Part shown: positions 63,841-64,000 of the stretch, piece by piece
Position numbering within the stretch: position 1 is the stretch's first letter
Layout: each line of letters begins with the position of its first letter
NCBI RefSeq assembly: GCF_006345805.1
Contig: NC_043003.1
Coordinates: 48,918,001-48,982,000, forward strand
Direction of reading: 5' to 3'
Length of the DNA: 64,000 nucleotides
From: Octopus sinensis
Lineage: Eukaryota
Made by a program: the position numbers and the translations under genes
The notes under the pieces: model-generated
What the model saw: only the letters and a program-made list of their open reading frames with translations
Databases searched by the model: none
Told to the model about the DNA's origin: nothing

Positions 63841-64000
63841 GCGAGCTGGCAGAAACGTTAGCACGCCGGGCGAAATGCCTAGTGGTATTTCGTCTGCCGT
63901 TACGTTCTGAGTTCAAATTTCGCCGAGGTCGACTTTGCCTTTCATCCTTTCGGGGTCGATTAAATAAGTACCAATTAATCACTGGGGTCGATGTAATCGA
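63841..64000 (+). mobile_element. SINE family B, runs off the window end
   Basis: GCGAGCTGGCAGAAACGTTAGCACGCCGGGCGAAATG...; preceded by a reversed A tail at about 63765-63840. Confidence 0.9.

Overview
Eukaryotic, AT-rich, almost entirely intronic or intergenic DNA. The SINE repertoire and microsatellite load look like an octopus (cephalopod) genome; this is inferred from repeat families and was not checked by search. No prokaryotic genes, CRISPR arrays, rRNA or bona fide tRNA genes are seen, and nearly every ORF in the supplied track is a microsatellite or SINE artefact. The window holds three tRNA-derived SINE families (called A, B, C here); decayed LINE fragments (R4/Dong-like, L1/Tx1-like, RTE); Tc1/mariner remnants and MITEs; hAT-like MITEs; and Helitron/Helentron-like non-autonomous elements. 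It also holds a 5'-truncated but nearly open Penelope-like element (PLE, 45.5-47.6 kb). The most notable signal is RNA-structural: at least 12 type I hammerhead-ribozyme (HHR) motifs in about 6 sequence families. These include a non-coding ~470-bp tandem-plus-inverted array at 26.7-28.0 kb with one HHR per unit (retrozyme-like, predicting a ~469-nt monomer RNA), one fully canonical HHR behind the PLE, and small HHR families sharing non-canonical core bases. A few low-confidence host exons are noted. SINE boundaries are approximate (about +/-10-20 nt), and everything was read by eye.
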